DNA of 32,000 nt from Psychrobacter cryohalolentis K5 (GTDB lineage: Bacteria; Pseudomonadota; Gammaproteobacteria; Pseudomonadales; Moraxellaceae), in NCBI RefSeq assembly GCF_000013905.1, contig NC_007969.1:390001-422000 (forward strand), in the 5' to 3' direction. Of this stretch, positions 17,410 through 27,726 are shown in pieces. Both the position numbers and the translations under genes were made by a program. Position 1 is the stretch's first letter; each line of letters starts with the position of its first letter. The notes beneath the pieces are model-generated. The model saw only the letters and a list, made by a program, of their open reading frames with translations, had not been told where the DNA came from and made no database searches.

Positions 17410-18228
17410 ATGAATGAGCCAGTAATGAATAATACTGACACGTATATAAATGAATTTGGCGGACTGGTCACTAACACTGGTCATGCAAGCGATGAAATCG
17501 TCATCCAAATGAGTGATGTGAGCAAATGGTATGGTGACTTTCAAGTATTGTCTGGCTGTAGTGCCCATGTGCATAAAGGCGATGTCGTCGTCGTTTGTGG
17601 TCCATCGGGCAGCGGCAAGTCGACCTTAATAAAAACGGTTAATGGACTAGAGCCTTTTCAAAAAGGCGAGATTATGGTCAGCGGTATCTCCGTTGGCGCG
17701 CCAAAAACCAACTTGCCAAAATTACGTAGTAGTGTCGGTATGGTCTTTCAGCACTTTGAGCTGTTCCCGCATCTGACGATTGTTGATAATTTGACTGTCG
17801 CGCAAATCAAAGTATTGGGACGTAAAGAAGCGGAAGCCAAGCAAAAAGCCATGGCATATCTAGACCGCGTCGGACTAACGGCGCAAGCAGCAAAGTATCC
17901 AGCTGAGCTGTCCGGTGGGCAGCAGCAGCGTGTCGCGATTGCACGTGCGTTAGCAATGGATCCAGTGGCGATGCTCTTTGATGAGCCAACTTCAGCACTT
18001 GACCCTGAGATGATTCAAGAAGTGCTTGATGTCATGGTTGAGCTAACCCGTGAGGGCATGACGATGATGTGTGTTACCCATGAGATGGGCTTTGCCAGTC
18101 AAGTTGCCAATCGGATTATCTTTATGGATGAAGGTCATATCGTTGAAAACTGTAGCAAGGATGAGTTTTTTGAAAGCGCGAAAAGTGACCGCGCGCAAAT
18201 GTTCTTATCAAAGATTCTCAATCATTAA
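17410..18228 (+). CDS. gltL: Glutamate/aspartate ABC transporter ATP-binding protein (with about 30 extra N-terminal residues)
   Basis: AGGAG RBS 6 nt upstream of the ATG at 17410. Walker A GPSGSGKST, signature LSGGQQQR, Walker [12 protein letters not shown]. The ATPase core begins around MSDVSKWYG, so the preceding 30 aa are an extension. Confidence 0.88.
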   Translation: MNEPVMNNTDTYINEFGGLVTNTGHASDEIVIQMSDVSKWYGDFQVLSGCSAHVHKGDVVVVCGPSGSGKSTLIKTVNGLEPFQKGEIMVSGISVGAPKTNLPKLRSSVGMVFQHFELFPHLTIVDNLTVAQIKVLGRKEAEAKQKAMAYLDRVGLTAQAAKYPAELSGGQQQRVAIARALAMDPVAMLFDEPTSALDPEMIQEVLDVMVELTREGMTMMCVTHEMGFASQVANRIIFMDEGHIVENCSKDEFFESAKSDRAQMFLSKILNH

Positions 18229-18256
18229 GGCAGTCATTTAGAGTTGATTTATTTAG

Positions 18257-18282
18257 AGCGCCTATTAATAGGCGCTTTTTTT
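18257..18282 (+). terminator. Rho-independent terminator after gltL
   Basis: 8-9 bp GC-rich stem agcgccta/taggcgct with a short loop, then tttttt. Confidence 0.8.
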
Positions 18283-18340
18283 ATTGTAAGCGACTTTATA
18301 AACGCCTACGTGAGTGAATACCTGTTTACTGATACAATGG

Positions 18341-18383
18341 CAGCCACTATCATAAACAGCCACTATCATAAAAACAATATAAT
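18341..18383 (+). promoter_or_regulatory. Perfect 16-bp tandem direct repeat followed by a TATAAT -10 box
   Basis: cagccactatcataaa occurs at 18341-18356 and again, immediately adjacent, at 18357-18372. TATAAT is at 18378-18383, 24 nt before the ATG at 18407. The -35 position (aacagc) falls inside the second repeat and is a poor match to TTGACA. Confidence 0.5.
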
Positions 18384-18406
18384 CTCTCATCTATCATGGA
18401 GTCAAT

Positions 18407-19642
18407 ATGAGCACAGAAACTACATTTCCTATTACTACAGCAACAGACGCCAAAGGTATTGTCATCATTGGTGCAGGTTTGGCTGGCTGGCACGTGATTG
18501 ATGCCATTCGTGCCAAAGACAAAGATGTGTCGATTACTCTAATCACCATAGACAATGGCGATCGTTATCATAAGCCGATGCTTACCATGGCAATCAGCCA
18601 AAACAAGCAGGCATCAGACTTGGTACGCGCGACTGGCGCTGATGCGGCAGAAGCGGCACAAGTGACCTTACTTGCCAATACACAAGTCACGGATATTGAT
18701 GCTGCTGCGCAAACGGTACAGCTTATCTCAGCGCTGCGCTCAGATCCTGTTTATACCAATTATGCAACCATCAGCTATGACAAGCTGGTCTTAGCGATGG
18801 GTGCTCATCCTATTTTCCCTAAGAGTTTGCCGCAAGATTTGGTATGGCATGTCAATCATATTGAGCGTTTTGGGCAATTGCAAGAAAAGCTTGCCATTGG
18901 TAGTCAGCACGTGGCGATTGTCGGTGCGGGTATGGTAGGCACTGAGATTGCTGAGGACTTGCTCAAGGCAGGTCATGAGGTGACCTTAATTGATTTAAAT
19001 GATGCGCCGCTATCGCAAATGCTACCGCCAAAAGCGACAGCTCGTATTGCCAAAGCAGTGCAATCGCAGGGTATTAATTTTTTAGGCGGTTATCAAGTAT
19101 CCGATGTCATACGTAATGATGACGGCAAGCTGCAAGTTAGCTATGAGCCATTTGCTCCTAATGGAGAAGATACAGATGCTCAGTCATCTGAGATATTAAT
19201 CGTCGACCATGTGATTGCCAGCACGGGTCTGACCGTTGATGGTAAATTACCAACTGCAGCTGGAGTTGAGTTCAACCATCGCACTGGTATCGTGGTAGAT
19301 GCGCCAACACTACGAACCAATACCAATAATATCTATGCGATTGGTGATTGTATGTCTATCAATGGTGTTGCCTGCCGTTATGTAGCGCCACTACGTGCGC
19401 AAGCAGCAACGATTGCTGATGATGTATTAGGTTTAGAGCATAGCGGTTATGAGCATAAGCCACCGATGATTCGCTTAAAAAACAAAGCCATCTCAGTGAT
19501 GGCCACGGGCGTGCCGCAAGCAAACGGCAACTGGCAAGTAACCACTGAAACTGAAGATGAGCTTATTATGAATTTACTCAATGATAATAATGAAGTCAGC
19601 GCAACTGTTACTATTAAGGCGCCGCCAATTGTATCAGTGTAG
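18407..19642 (+). CDS. FAD/NAD(P)-dependent pyridine nucleotide-disulfide-family oxidoreductase (rubredoxin/ferredoxin reductase-like)
   Basis: GGAG RBS. Two dinucleotide folds, IVIIGAGLAG and VAIVGAGMVGTEIAEDL, plus IYAIGDC. No rubredoxin or ferredoxin gene is adjacent. Confidence 0.8.
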   Translation: MSTETTFPITTATDAKGIVIIGAGLAGWHVIDAIRAKDKDVSITLITIDNGDRYHKPMLTMAISQNKQASDLVRATGADAAEAAQVTLLANTQVTDIDAAAQTVQLISALRSDPVYTNYATISYDKLVLAMGAHPIFPKSLPQDLVWHVNHIERFGQLQEKLAIGSQHVAIVGAGMVGTEIAEDLLKAGHEVTLIDLNDAPLSQMLPPKATARIAKAVQSQGINFLGGYQVSDVIRNDDGKLQVSYEPFAPNGEDTDAQSSEILIVDHVIASTGLTVDGKLPTAAGVEFNHRTGIVVDAPTLRTNTNNIYAIGDCMSINGVACRYVAPLRAQAATIADDVLGLEHSGYEHKPPMIRLKNKAISVMATGVPQANGNWQVTTETEDELIMNLLNDNNEVSATVTIKAPPIVSV

Positions 19643-19737
19643 TAATTAGCAAATTGCCTGTAGTTTATGGTTTTAGTTTGTTAAACATGCATCATGTTTT
19701 TAAGTTGAGGATACTCTAAAATTTAGTGCTAAAAAAA

Positions 19738-19773
19738 AGCCAGCCACCTATACATAGCGTGACTGGCTTTTTT
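19738..19773 (+). terminator. Rho-independent terminator after the oxidoreductase gene
   Basis: 10-bp stem agccagccac/gtgactggct with one mismatch, 11-nt loop, ttttt tail and an A8 leader. Confidence 0.7.
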
Positions 19774-19862
19774 GTGTCAAATATCTGCCATATTTTTATG
19801 CTATCTTTAATAAAGCATTACTATTGGATTCTAATTAAATGATACATATTGTATTACTATTA

Positions 19863-19892
19863 TTGACAGCATTCGATTTAAGGCGGTATAGT
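19863..19892 (+). promoter_or_regulatory. Candidate sigma70 promoter of the acyl-CoA synthetase/liu cluster
   Basis: TTGACA (19863-19868)-N18-TATAGT (19887-19892), about 90 nt upstream of the ATG at 19984. The direct repeat attactatt occurs at about 19819 and about 19853, just upstream of and abutting the -35. Confidence 0.45.
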
Positions 19893-19983
19893 AGCTAACG
19901 CTCGTCAAGACCTGTTCAAGGAACAATGAATGGGTGACAGGCGACTCATTAGCACCATAAAAAGTAAAACGAAAGGACTCGTT

Positions 19984-21738
19984 ATGACTCAAGTTTCTGA
20001 CTTCGATACCATTCTAAATAATATCCCCAGCATCAATATGGGTGCACGCTCAGCAAATGCGCCACTTACCCAAAGCTATGATAAAGGTCCTGATGTGCCG
20101 CTGATTGAAGCGACCATTGGTGATTTTTTTGATGCTATTGTCTCCAAATATCCTGAGCGCGAAGCACTGGTCGTCCGCCATCAAAATATCCGCTGGACAT
20201 ATCAACAGCTGCAACAGCATGTCAATCAGCTGGCTAGTAGCATGATTGAGATGGGTCTTGAGATTGGTGATCGCATCGGTATCTGGTCGCACAACAATGC
20301 TGAATGGCTCTTGATGCAACTAGCAACCGCGAAAGTCGGCGTTATCCTCGTCAATATCAATCCTGCTTACCGTACCTTTGAGCTGCAATATGCTTTAAAT
20401 AAACTTGGCTGCTCGGCATTGGTATTGATGCGCCATTTCAAAAGCAGTGATTATGCCAGTCTAATCCGTGAGCTGTGTCCTGAGATTTATCATAAAGATT
20501 ATACTCAGCTTGATTTGGTCGAGATTCCAACCATTGAGCGCATCATTTGGATTGATGAGCCAGACTCTGATGAAGAATTTGGTTTTATGCAGAAGTTCTC
20601 TGCTTGGATGGCGGAAGGCGATGCCAATGATCCACGGGTTGCTGAGCGTCAAGCGCAGCTTAAAAACACCGATGCTATTAACGTCCAATTTACCAGTGGC
20701 ACGACAGGGACGCCAAAAGGCGCGACGTTAAGCCATCGCAATATCTTAAATAACGGCTACTTTATCGGTGAGGCTATGAATCTCACTGAAGAAGACAGAC
20801 TGTGTATTCCAGTACCGCTATACCATTGCTTCGGTATGGTGCTCGGTAATTTAGCGATTCTGACGCATGGCGGCTGTATCGTCTATCCGAACGATGGTTT
20901 TGAGCCATTGTCAGTCCTGCAAGCAGTCGAAGAAGAAAAATGTACTGGTCTGCATGGCGTACCGACGATGTTTATCGCCGAGCTTGACCACCCTGAATTT
21001 GAAAACTTTGATTTATCGACTTTGCGTACTGGCATTATGGCAGGCTCTAGTTGTCCGATTGAGATCATGCGCCGTGTCATCGATGAGATGCACATGAAAG
21101 AGGTCACCATTGCTTATGGCATGACTGAAACCAGCCCAGTATCCTGTCAAACCAATGAACATACGCCACTTGATAAGCAAGTCTCGACCGTAGGACTCGT
21201 GCAGCCAGCGCTTGAAGTCAAAGTAATTGATACCGAAACAGGTGAAATTGTGCGCTTAGGCGAAACTGGCGAGTTACTCACCCGTGGTTATTCGGTGATG
21301 AAAGGCTATTGGGGCAGTCGCTTTAAAACGCGTGAAGCCATTCAAGATGGCTGGATGCACACCGGTGACTTGGCGACCATGGACGAAGATGGCTATGTCA
21401 AAATCGTCGGTCGTAGTAAAGATATGGTTATCCGTGGCGGTGAAAACATCTATCCGGTTGAAATCGAAAACTATCTATATCGTCATCCTAAAATCCGTGA
21501 TGTGCAAATTGTTGGCGTTCCTGATGAAAAGTATGGTGAAGTGTTGGCTGCTTGGATTATACCTAAAGAAGCTGGCAGCTTAACGGAAGAAGAAGTACGT
21601 CAATTCTGTAGTGAGCATATTGCTCATTATAAAGTGCCAGCCTATTATCGCTTTGTGACTGAATACCCAATGACCATCACTGGTAAAATTCAGAAATATA
21701 AAATTATTGAGCAGATGAAAGAAGAGTTAGGATTATAA
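19984..21738 (+). CDS. AMP-dependent acyl-CoA synthetase/ligase (ACSF2/medium- or branched-chain type)
   Basis: AAGGA RBS 6 nt before the ATG at 19984 (the ORF-track start at 19930 lacks one). AMP-binding motifs [41 protein letters not shown] and GKIQK. No terminator lies before liuB. Confidence 0.85.
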   Translation: MTQVSDFDTILNNIPSINMGARSANAPLTQSYDKGPDVPLIEATIGDFFDAIVSKYPEREALVVRHQNIRWTYQQLQQHVNQLASSMIEMGLEIGDRIGIWSHNNAEWLLMQLATAKVGVILVNINPAYRTFELQYALNKLGCSALVLMRHFKSSDYASLIRELCPEIYHKDYTQLDLVEIPTIERIIWIDEPDSDEEFGFMQKFSAWMAEGDANDPRVAERQAQLKNTDAINVQFTSGTTGTPKGATLSHRNILNNGYFIGEAMNLTEEDRLCIPVPLYHCFGMVLGNLAILTHGGCIVYPNDGFEPLSVLQAVEEEKCTGLHGVPTMFIAELDHPEFENFDLSTLRTGIMAGSSCPIEIMRRVIDEMHMKEVTIAYGMTETSPVSCQTNEHTPLDKQVSTVGLVQPALEVKVIDTETGEIVRLGETGELLTRGYSVMKGYWGSRFKTREAIQDGWMHTGDLATMDEDGYVKIVGRSKDMVIRGGENIYPVEIENYLYRHPKIRDVQIVGVPDEKYGEVLAAWIIPKEAGSLTEEEVRQFCSEHIAHYKVPAYYRFVTEYPMTITGKIQKYKIIEQMKEELGL

Positions 21739-21863
21739 AAAATTGAGCCGTTTTACTTCTTATTTTACTAATAAATTTTTCAGTAAATATTAAAATAACC
21801 AGTAGTTAAAAAAATTCGCATAAAAAAGCTACTCGCATTTACGCATTAAAGAAAAGGGATATC

Positions 21864-23474
21864 ATGAGCGCTATCATAACCAGTAAACTGAGTCCAAATG
21901 CCGCTGAATTTCAGCAGAACAGTGCTGCAATGCAAGAGGTCGTCGATGACTTGTATCAGCATCTGCGTAAAGTCGCCCAAGGTGGTTCAGAGCGTGCACG
22001 CGCCAAGCATTTAGCACGTGGTAAGCTACTACCTCGTGAGCGTGTCGAGCGTTTGCTTGATGTTGGTACGCCATTTTTAGAAGTAGCTCCGATGGCAGCG
22101 CACGATATGTATGGCGAAGATATTCCAGCGGCGGGCGTGATTGCTGGTATCGGTCGTATCAATGGCATCGAGTGTATGATTGTCTGTAATGATGCCACGG
22201 TAAAGGGTGGTACTTATTATCCAATGACGGTCAAAAAACATCTACGTGCCCAAGAAATTGCCCAAGAAAACAACTTGCCTTGTGTCTACTTAGTCGATTC
22301 TGGCGGTGCAAACTTGCCCAATCAGGATGAAGTATTCCCTGATAAAGAGCACTTCGGACGTATATTTTTTAATCAGGCGAATATGAGTGCCGCTGGCATT
22401 CCACAGATTGCGGTGGTCATGGGCAGCTGTACGGCTGGTGGAGCTTATGTACCAGCGATGAGTGACGAGTCTATTATTGTTAAAGAACAAGGAACTATTT
22501 TTTTAGGTGGTCCGCCACTGGTCAAAGCGGCAACAGGTGAAGAGGTCACAGCAGAAGATTTGGGCGGCGGTGATGTACATACCCGTCTGTCGGGGGTGGT
22601 CGATCATTTGGCGCAAAACGATACCCATGCGTTATCAATCGCGCGTAATATCGTTAGCCACTTAAACCGTTCTGCTAAACAGATCCCAAATCAAATAAAA
22701 CCACGTCCACCGCGCTATGATGCTAAAGAGCTATATGGCGTCATTCCAACCGATAAACGTAAGCCATTTGATATTAGAGAAATCATTGCTCGTATCGTCG
22801 ATGACAGTGCCTTTGATGAATTTAAGGCGCGCTTTGGTACGACGCTGGTTTGTGGTTTTGCTCATATTGAAGGTATGCCAGTTGGCATTATTGCCAATAA
22901 TGGCATCTTATTTAGTGAATCGGCGCAAAAAGGTACGCACTTTATTGAGCTGTGCTGTAAACGCAAAATTCCTTTAATATTCCTACAAAACATCACCGGC
23001 TTTATGGTCGGGCGAAAATACGAAAACGAAGGTATTGCCCGTCATGGTGCCAAGATGGTGATGGCGGTAGCGAATGCCAAAGTACCAAAATTCACCGTTA
23101 TCGTTGGTGGCTCATTCGGTGCGGGTAACTACGGTATGTGTGGACGTGCTTATAGCCCGCGCTTCTTATGGATGTGGCCAAATGCGCGCATTTCTGTGAT
23201 GGGCGGCGAGCAAGCAGCGTCGGTACTAGCAACGGTTAAGCGCGATAACTTTGACCGCAAAGGCGAAGCGTGGAGCGATGAAGACGAAGCAGCATTTAAA
23301 GCGCCGATTCGTGAGATGTACGAAGAGCAAGGTCATCCTTATTATGCTACCGCTCGTTTATGGGATGATGGCGTGATTGACCCTGCTGATACCCGTAATG
23401 TGTTGGCATTAGCGCTTAGCGCGGCTCATAACGCACCGATTGAAGAGACAAAATTTGGTGTCTTTAGAATGTAG
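21864..23474 (+). CDS. liuB: 3-Methylcrotonyl-CoA carboxylase, carboxyltransferase (beta) subunit
   Basis: 535-aa carboxyltransferase that is MccB/PccB-like throughout (e.g. [42 protein letters not shown]). The context of liuC, liuD and liuE favours MCCase over PCCase. Confidence 0.88.
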   Translation: MSAIITSKLSPNAAEFQQNSAAMQEVVDDLYQHLRKVAQGGSERARAKHLARGKLLPRERVERLLDVGTPFLEVAPMAAHDMYGEDIPAAGVIAGIGRINGIECMIVCNDATVKGGTYYPMTVKKHLRAQEIAQENNLPCVYLVDSGGANLPNQDEVFPDKEHFGRIFFNQANMSAAGIPQIAVVMGSCTAGGAYVPAMSDESIIVKEQGTIFLGGPPLVKAATGEEVTAEDLGGGDVHTRLSGVVDHLAQNDTHALSIARNIVSHLNRSAKQIPNQIKPRPPRYDAKELYGVIPTDKRKPFDIREIIARIVDDSAFDEFKARFGTTLVCGFAHIEGMPVGIIANNGILFSESAQKGTHFIELCCKRKIPLIFLQNITGFMVGRKYENEGIARHGAKMVMAVANAKVPKFTVIVGGSFGAGNYGMCGRAYSPRFLWMWPNARISVMGGEQAASVLATVKRDNFDRKGEAWSDEDEAAFKAPIREMYEEQGHPYYATARLWDDGVIDPADTRNVLALALSAAHNAPIEETKFGVFRM

Positions 23475-23535
23475 CAATGAACGGTATATTGACAGTCATT
23501 TAGTGCTCATCAATACATAAAATATAGAGAAAGAT

Positions 23536-24342
23536 ATGCAACAAAATTTGAATCATTATAAAAGTCTATTGGTTAACGTTGAGCAGCACGTTGCAACAGT
23601 AACCTTGAATCGCCCTGAGATACGTAACGCCTTTAATGATGAAATGATTGCTGAGTTGACCCATGCTTTCAAGACGCTTGGCGAGGATGAGCAAGTACGC
23701 GTTATCGTTTTAGCAGCGGCCGGTAAAGCGTTCTGTGCGGGTGCCGATTTGAATTGGATGCGCGCCATGGCGGATTATAGCTATGAGGAAAACCTAGCGG
23801 ATGCGGACAAATTGGCACAAATGCTTAAGACTATTTATGAATGCCCAAAACCAACGATAGCGGCGGTACAAGGGGATGTTTATGCAGGCGGCATGGGTTT
23901 GGTTGCTGTCTGTGATGTAGCTATCGCGGTGAGAATTGCCAATTTCTGTCTTAGCGAAGTGCGTCTGGGCTTAGCACCAGCAACCATTAGCCCTTATGTG
24001 ATTAGAGCTTTAGGTGCCAGAGCCTCACAGCGTTATTTTCTCAGTGCGGAAGTATTTGATAGCAAAAAAGCCCGTCAGCTTGGCTTTATCCATGAACGCG
24101 TCAGTGAAGAGTCGCTTGATGATGCAGTTGCAGAATTTTGTGCCAAAGTCGTTAAAAATAGCCCTGAGGCTATGAAAACCTGCAAGCGCTTATTGCATGA
24201 AGTCGCGGGCGCACCGATTACCGATGAACTAATTGCCGATACAGTCAAAGGCATCGCTGATATTCGCTCATCAGAGCAAGGTAAAGAGGGTGTGCAAGCA
24301 TTTTTGCAAAAGCGCCAACCTGATTGGCTAGTAGCAAAATAG
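23536..24342 (+). CDS. liuC: Methylglutaconyl-CoA hydratase (enoyl-CoA hydratase/crotonase family)
   Basis: Crotonase-fold motifs NRPEIRNAF, FCAGADLNWM and AAVQGDVYAGGMGL. It sits between the two MCCase subunit genes. Confidence 0.85.
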   Translation: MQQNLNHYKSLLVNVEQHVATVTLNRPEIRNAFNDEMIAELTHAFKTLGEDEQVRVIVLAAAGKAFCAGADLNWMRAMADYSYEENLADADKLAQMLKTIYECPKPTIAAVQGDVYAGGMGLVAVCDVAIAVRIANFCLSEVRLGLAPATISPYVIRALGARASQRYFLSAEVFDSKKARQLGFIHERVSEESLDDAVAEFCAKVVKNSPEAMKTCKRLLHEVAGAPITDELIADTVKGIADIRSSEQGKEGVQAFLQKRQPDWLVAK

Positions 24343-24479
24343 CCATGTATCAATAAAAAATATTTTTGCTAAATTGCCAATGAATACTAAAACCAGTTTA
24401 GCGTAAATAGTCATACGTGAATATCATCCTACCGTTTGATTATTTATCAACGATAAAACGACAAGATACAGGGATAGTT

Positions 24480-26594
24480 ATGTTTTCTAAAATTTTGATC
24501 GCCAACCGTGGTGAAATTGCTTGCCGAGTTGCCGCGACTGCCAAGCGTTTGGGTGTAAGTACCGTTGCGGTTTATTCTGATGCTGACCGTGAGGCTAAGC
24601 ATGTGGCTGTCTGTGATGAAGCCGTATATCTAGGTGGTTCGGCTCCCAAAGACAGCTACCTAAAAGGCGATGCTATCATTGCCATTGCAAAAGAGACCGG
24701 CGCACAAGCGATTCACCCAGGTTACGGGTTTTTAAGTGAAAACGCGGACTTTGCCCAAGCTTGTCAAGATGCTGACTTGGTCTTCATCGGTCCATCAGCT
24801 GACGCTATCCGTGCTATGGGTGGTAAGTCTGAATCAAAGCGGTTGATGGAAACGGCTGGCGTGCCACTAATACCCGGCTATCATGGTGAAAATCAAGATG
24901 GTGCATTCTTAAAGCAGCAAGCCGATAGCATTGGCTATCCTGTACTGATTAAAGCCAGTGCTGGTGGTGGTGGTAAAGGTATGCGTATCGTTGAGCAGTC
25001 CAGTGACTTTATTGATTTATTAGAATCTTGCCGCCGTGAAGCGATTACCAGCTTCGGTAACGACCAAGTATTGGTCGAAAAATACGCATTGAAACCTCGC
25101 CATATCGAAATCCAAGTATTCGGTGATACGCATGGCAACTATGTGCATCTGTTTGAGCGTGATTGTTCCGTACAGCGCCGCCACCAAAAGGTATTAGAAG
25201 AAGCGCCGGCACCGGGTGTCGATGCAGCGATGCGTGAAGCAATGGGAACAGCGGCAATCGAAGCGGCACGTGCGGTCAATTATTTTGGCGCAGGTACGGT
25301 TGAGTTTATCGTTGAGCAGCGCGAAGGCTCGATGAATTTTTATTTTATGGAGATGAATACCCGTCTGCAAGTCGAGCATCCGGTCAGTGAAGCTATCTCT
25401 GGTGTCGACTTGGTTGAATGGCAGCTATTGGTTGCGGCAGGTTTACCATTGCCGAAAAAACAAGAAGAGCTGACTATCAACGGACATGCGATTGAAGCGC
25501 GTATTTGTGCTGAAAATCCTGATAATGGTTTTTTACCAGCCACAGGTACTTTATTCACTTATCAAAAGCCTGAGCATAGTACGTTTGTCATCAATAAAGA
25601 TGGTACAGGTGTGCGTATCGATGACGGTGTACGCGAAGGTGATGTGATTAGCCCGTTTTATGACTCTATGATTGCTAAGCTGATTGTGCATGCACCCACT
25701 CGCGAGCAAGCGTTAGCCAAGCTCGACCGTGCACTGGCTCAAACACGCATTGTAGGTCTGCCAAATAACGTCGCATTTTTGCGCTATATTCTTAATACGG
25801 AATCGTTTAGCCAAGCCAATCTTGATACTGCGTTGATTGAGCGTGAGCGTGAGCAGCTGTTTGATCAGCATCCGCTTGAGTTATCGACGCTTGCGGTTAC
25901 TGCTATTGCGCAGCAGCTTGCCAGTGAATCGACGACGCAAGGGTCAGATCCTTTTAGCAAGCCTACGGGTTTCCGTGCCTTTAGCGATTATACGCGCTCG
26001 TTTAGCTTGGTTTATAATGAGCAATCTTATAAAGCTCTTATTAGCAACTGGCACAATGCAAGTTGTTCAGATAACAAAAAGGGCAGCGATAACCTCAGTA
26101 GCTTTACGCTAGTTATTGGGAAAGAAGTTGCTAAGACTCAAGATAATAGCAACGCTAATATAGCCGCCCAGACAGAAAGTGTCTATGAAGGTGAGGTTAG
26201 CTACGCCAGTATTGACGCACACAATCATACTCTATGGTTAGATGGTGCTCGTATCAACGCCCAAAGCTGGACAAACCATGAGACCGTCTATGTCTTTACT
26301 GATAACGGGCGTGATGAAATCACCCTTGTTGATATCATGGCGCACGTCGGCGAAGAGAATGCGGCGGTCGGTAGCTTAAAGTCGCCAATGCCAGGGCAAG
26401 TCGTGGCCTTTAAAGTCGCCATCGGTGATAGCGTGAAAAAGGGCGAGCCATTGGCTGTCATTGAAGCGATGAAAATCGAACATACCATTACTGCACCGAC
26501 AGATGGCGTGGTGGCAGAATTGTTATTTGGCGCGGGTGACTTGGTTGCTGATGGTGATGAGCTGCTGCGTATTGATAGCCAAGAGAATCAGTAA
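24480..26594 (+). CDS. liuD: 3-Methylcrotonyl-CoA carboxylase, biotin carboxylase/BCCP (alpha) subunit
   Basis: AGGGA RBS before the ATG at 24480, giving MFSKILIANRGEIA, the canonical biotin carboxylase N-terminus. ATP-grasp motifs are present, and the C-terminal biotinyl motif is EAMKIEH. At 704 aa it is somewhat long because of an expanded linker. Confidence 0.9.
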   Translation: MFSKILIANRGEIACRVAATAKRLGVSTVAVYSDADREAKHVAVCDEAVYLGGSAPKDSYLKGDAIIAIAKETGAQAIHPGYGFLSENADFAQACQDADLVFIGPSADAIRAMGGKSESKRLMETAGVPLIPGYHGENQDGAFLKQQADSIGYPVLIKASAGGGGKGMRIVEQSSDFIDLLESCRREAITSFGNDQVLVEKYALKPRHIEIQVFGDTHGNYVHLFERDCSVQRRHQKVLEEAPAPGVDAAMREAMGTAAIEAARAVNYFGAGTVEFIVEQREGSMNFYFMEMNTRLQVEHPVSEAISGVDLVEWQLLVAAGLPLPKKQEELTINGHAIEARICAENPDNGFLPATGTLFTYQKPEHSTFVINKDGTGVRIDDGVREGDVISPFYDSMIAKLIVHAPTREQALAKLDRALAQTRIVGLPNNVAFLRYILNTESFSQANLDTALIEREREQLFDQHPLELSTLAVTAIAQQLASESTTQGSDPFSKPTGFRAFSDYTRSFSLVYNEQSYKALISNWHNASCSDNKKGSDNLSSFTLVIGKEVAKTQDNSNANIAAQTESVYEGEVSYASIDAHNHTLWLDGARINAQSWTNHETVYVFTDNGRDEITLVDIMAHVGEENAAVGSLKSPMPGQVVAFKVAIGDSVKKGEPLAVIEAMKIEHTITAPTDGVVAELLFGAGDLVADGDELLRIDSQENQ

Positions 26595-26608
26595 AAAGGA
26601 CAATCTGT

Positions 26609-27529
26609 ATGAGTATCTCGTACCCAAAACACGTCACCATCGTCGATGTCAGTCCACGTGATGGCTTGCAAAATGAAGCCATGACCGTGCCGACTGCGGT
26701 TAAGCAAAGGCTTATAAGTGACTTGATTGCCGCAGGGGTTAAAAAGCTCGAGGCTACTAGCTTTGTCTCGCCAAAGTGGGTACCGCAAATGGGCGACAAT
26801 AGCACGCTGTTAGAGGCACTTGCAGCGACACGCCACAGTGATGTGAGCTATTCGGTATTGGTTCCAAACATGCGCGGTTTTGAAAATGCTATCGTGCATC
26901 GTCCTGATGAGATCGTCATCTTTGGCTCAGCAAGCGAAACCTTTAGCCAAAAAAATATCAATTGTAGTATTGATGAAAGTATTGAGCGTTTTGCGCCCGT
27001 TGCCGCTGCTGCAAAAGCGCAAGGTATCAAAGTACGCGGCGTTATCTCTTGCACGGTCGGTTGCCCCTATGAAGGCGAAATTGACCCACGCCAAGTGGCT
27101 TATGTCACCAAGCGTTTGGTTGAGATAGGCTCGGAGCAGATTGGCATTGCTGATACCATCGGCGTTGGTACGCCGCTCAAAGTACAGCGTGCGTTACAAG
27201 CAGCGTTAGAGTACGCTGATATCAGTATGCTATCGGGACATTTTCACGATACTTACGGTCAAGCCCTCAGCAACACATTAGCGGCACTACAAATAGGTGT
27301 TAGCGAATTTGATACCTCCGTCGCTGGACTTGGTGGTTGTCCTTATGCCAAAGGCGCAACGGGCAATGTCGCTACTGAAGATGTGGTTTATATGCTGCAT
27401 GGTATGGGTATCAGTACTGGTATTGATTTGGATAAATTGGTCGTGGCAGGTGAGCGTATCAGTGAATTTTTAGGTCGTCCTAATGGCTCAAACGTGGCAC
27501 GTGCTTTAATTAACAAACGTCAGTCTTAA
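26609..27529 (+). CDS. liuE: Hydroxymethylglutaryl-CoA lyase
   Basis: AAGGA RBS. Motifs VDVSPRDGLQNE, SFVSPKWVPQM, GHFHDTYGQALSN and GLGGCPYAKGATGNV. Confidence 0.9.
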   Translation: MSISYPKHVTIVDVSPRDGLQNEAMTVPTAVKQRLISDLIAAGVKKLEATSFVSPKWVPQMGDNSTLLEALAATRHSDVSYSVLVPNMRGFENAIVHRPDEIVIFGSASETFSQKNINCSIDESIERFAPVAAAAKAQGIKVRGVISCTVGCPYEGEIDPRQVAYVTKRLVEIGSEQIGIADTIGVGTPLKVQRALQAALEYADISMLSGHFHDTYGQALSNTLAALQIGVSEFDTSVAGLGGCPYAKGATGNVATEDVVYMLHGMGISTGIDLDKLVVAGERISEFLGRPNGSNVARALINKRQS

Positions 27530-27588
27530 CTAATTTCATTAAGAATATAGTTAGTCATAAGCTAAATGAATAGATAGATAGGTTTATG

Positions 27589-27658
27589 GCTGGGACAAAT
27601 TTTTTGAAGCCTCTGGAGTGACGAAGTCGCACAGCAAGCGAGGAAAATTTGTCCCAGC
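27589..27658 (+). repeat. Intergenic repeat copy C (70-bp hairpin element) between liuE and liuA
   Basis: Perfect 15-bp terminal inverted repeats gctgggacaaatttt (27589-27603) / aaaatttgtcccagc (27644-27658). The interior gaagcctctgg...gcacagcaagcgagg aligns with copies A and B in the same orientation. Confidence 0.8.
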
Positions 27659-27726
27659 TATATCATCTATTTTTAAATTGACACAGCGCTAGTAAAAAAT
27701 TAAACATCAAAATACAAGGAATGGCT

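Noticed and set aside
18341-18372. A CRISPR or other repeat array, given the tandem 16-mers
   Set aside because: There are only two units, no spacers and no cas genes, and the length is too short. I treat it as a promoter-region duplication or operator instead.
18244-18501. 85-aa ORF between gltL and the oxidoreductase gene
   Set aside because: It begins inside the gltL terminator hairpin, runs through the promoter and tandem-repeat region, and overlaps the well-supported start at 18407 out of frame. It has no RBS and an implausible composition.
24368-24402. Hairpin gctaaattg/cagtttagc in the liuC-liuD spacer, considered as an internal attenuator
   Set aside because: The stem is 9 bp with a mismatch, the loop is 17 nt, and no U-tract follows. 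That is too weak to call a terminator or a regulatory structure without data.
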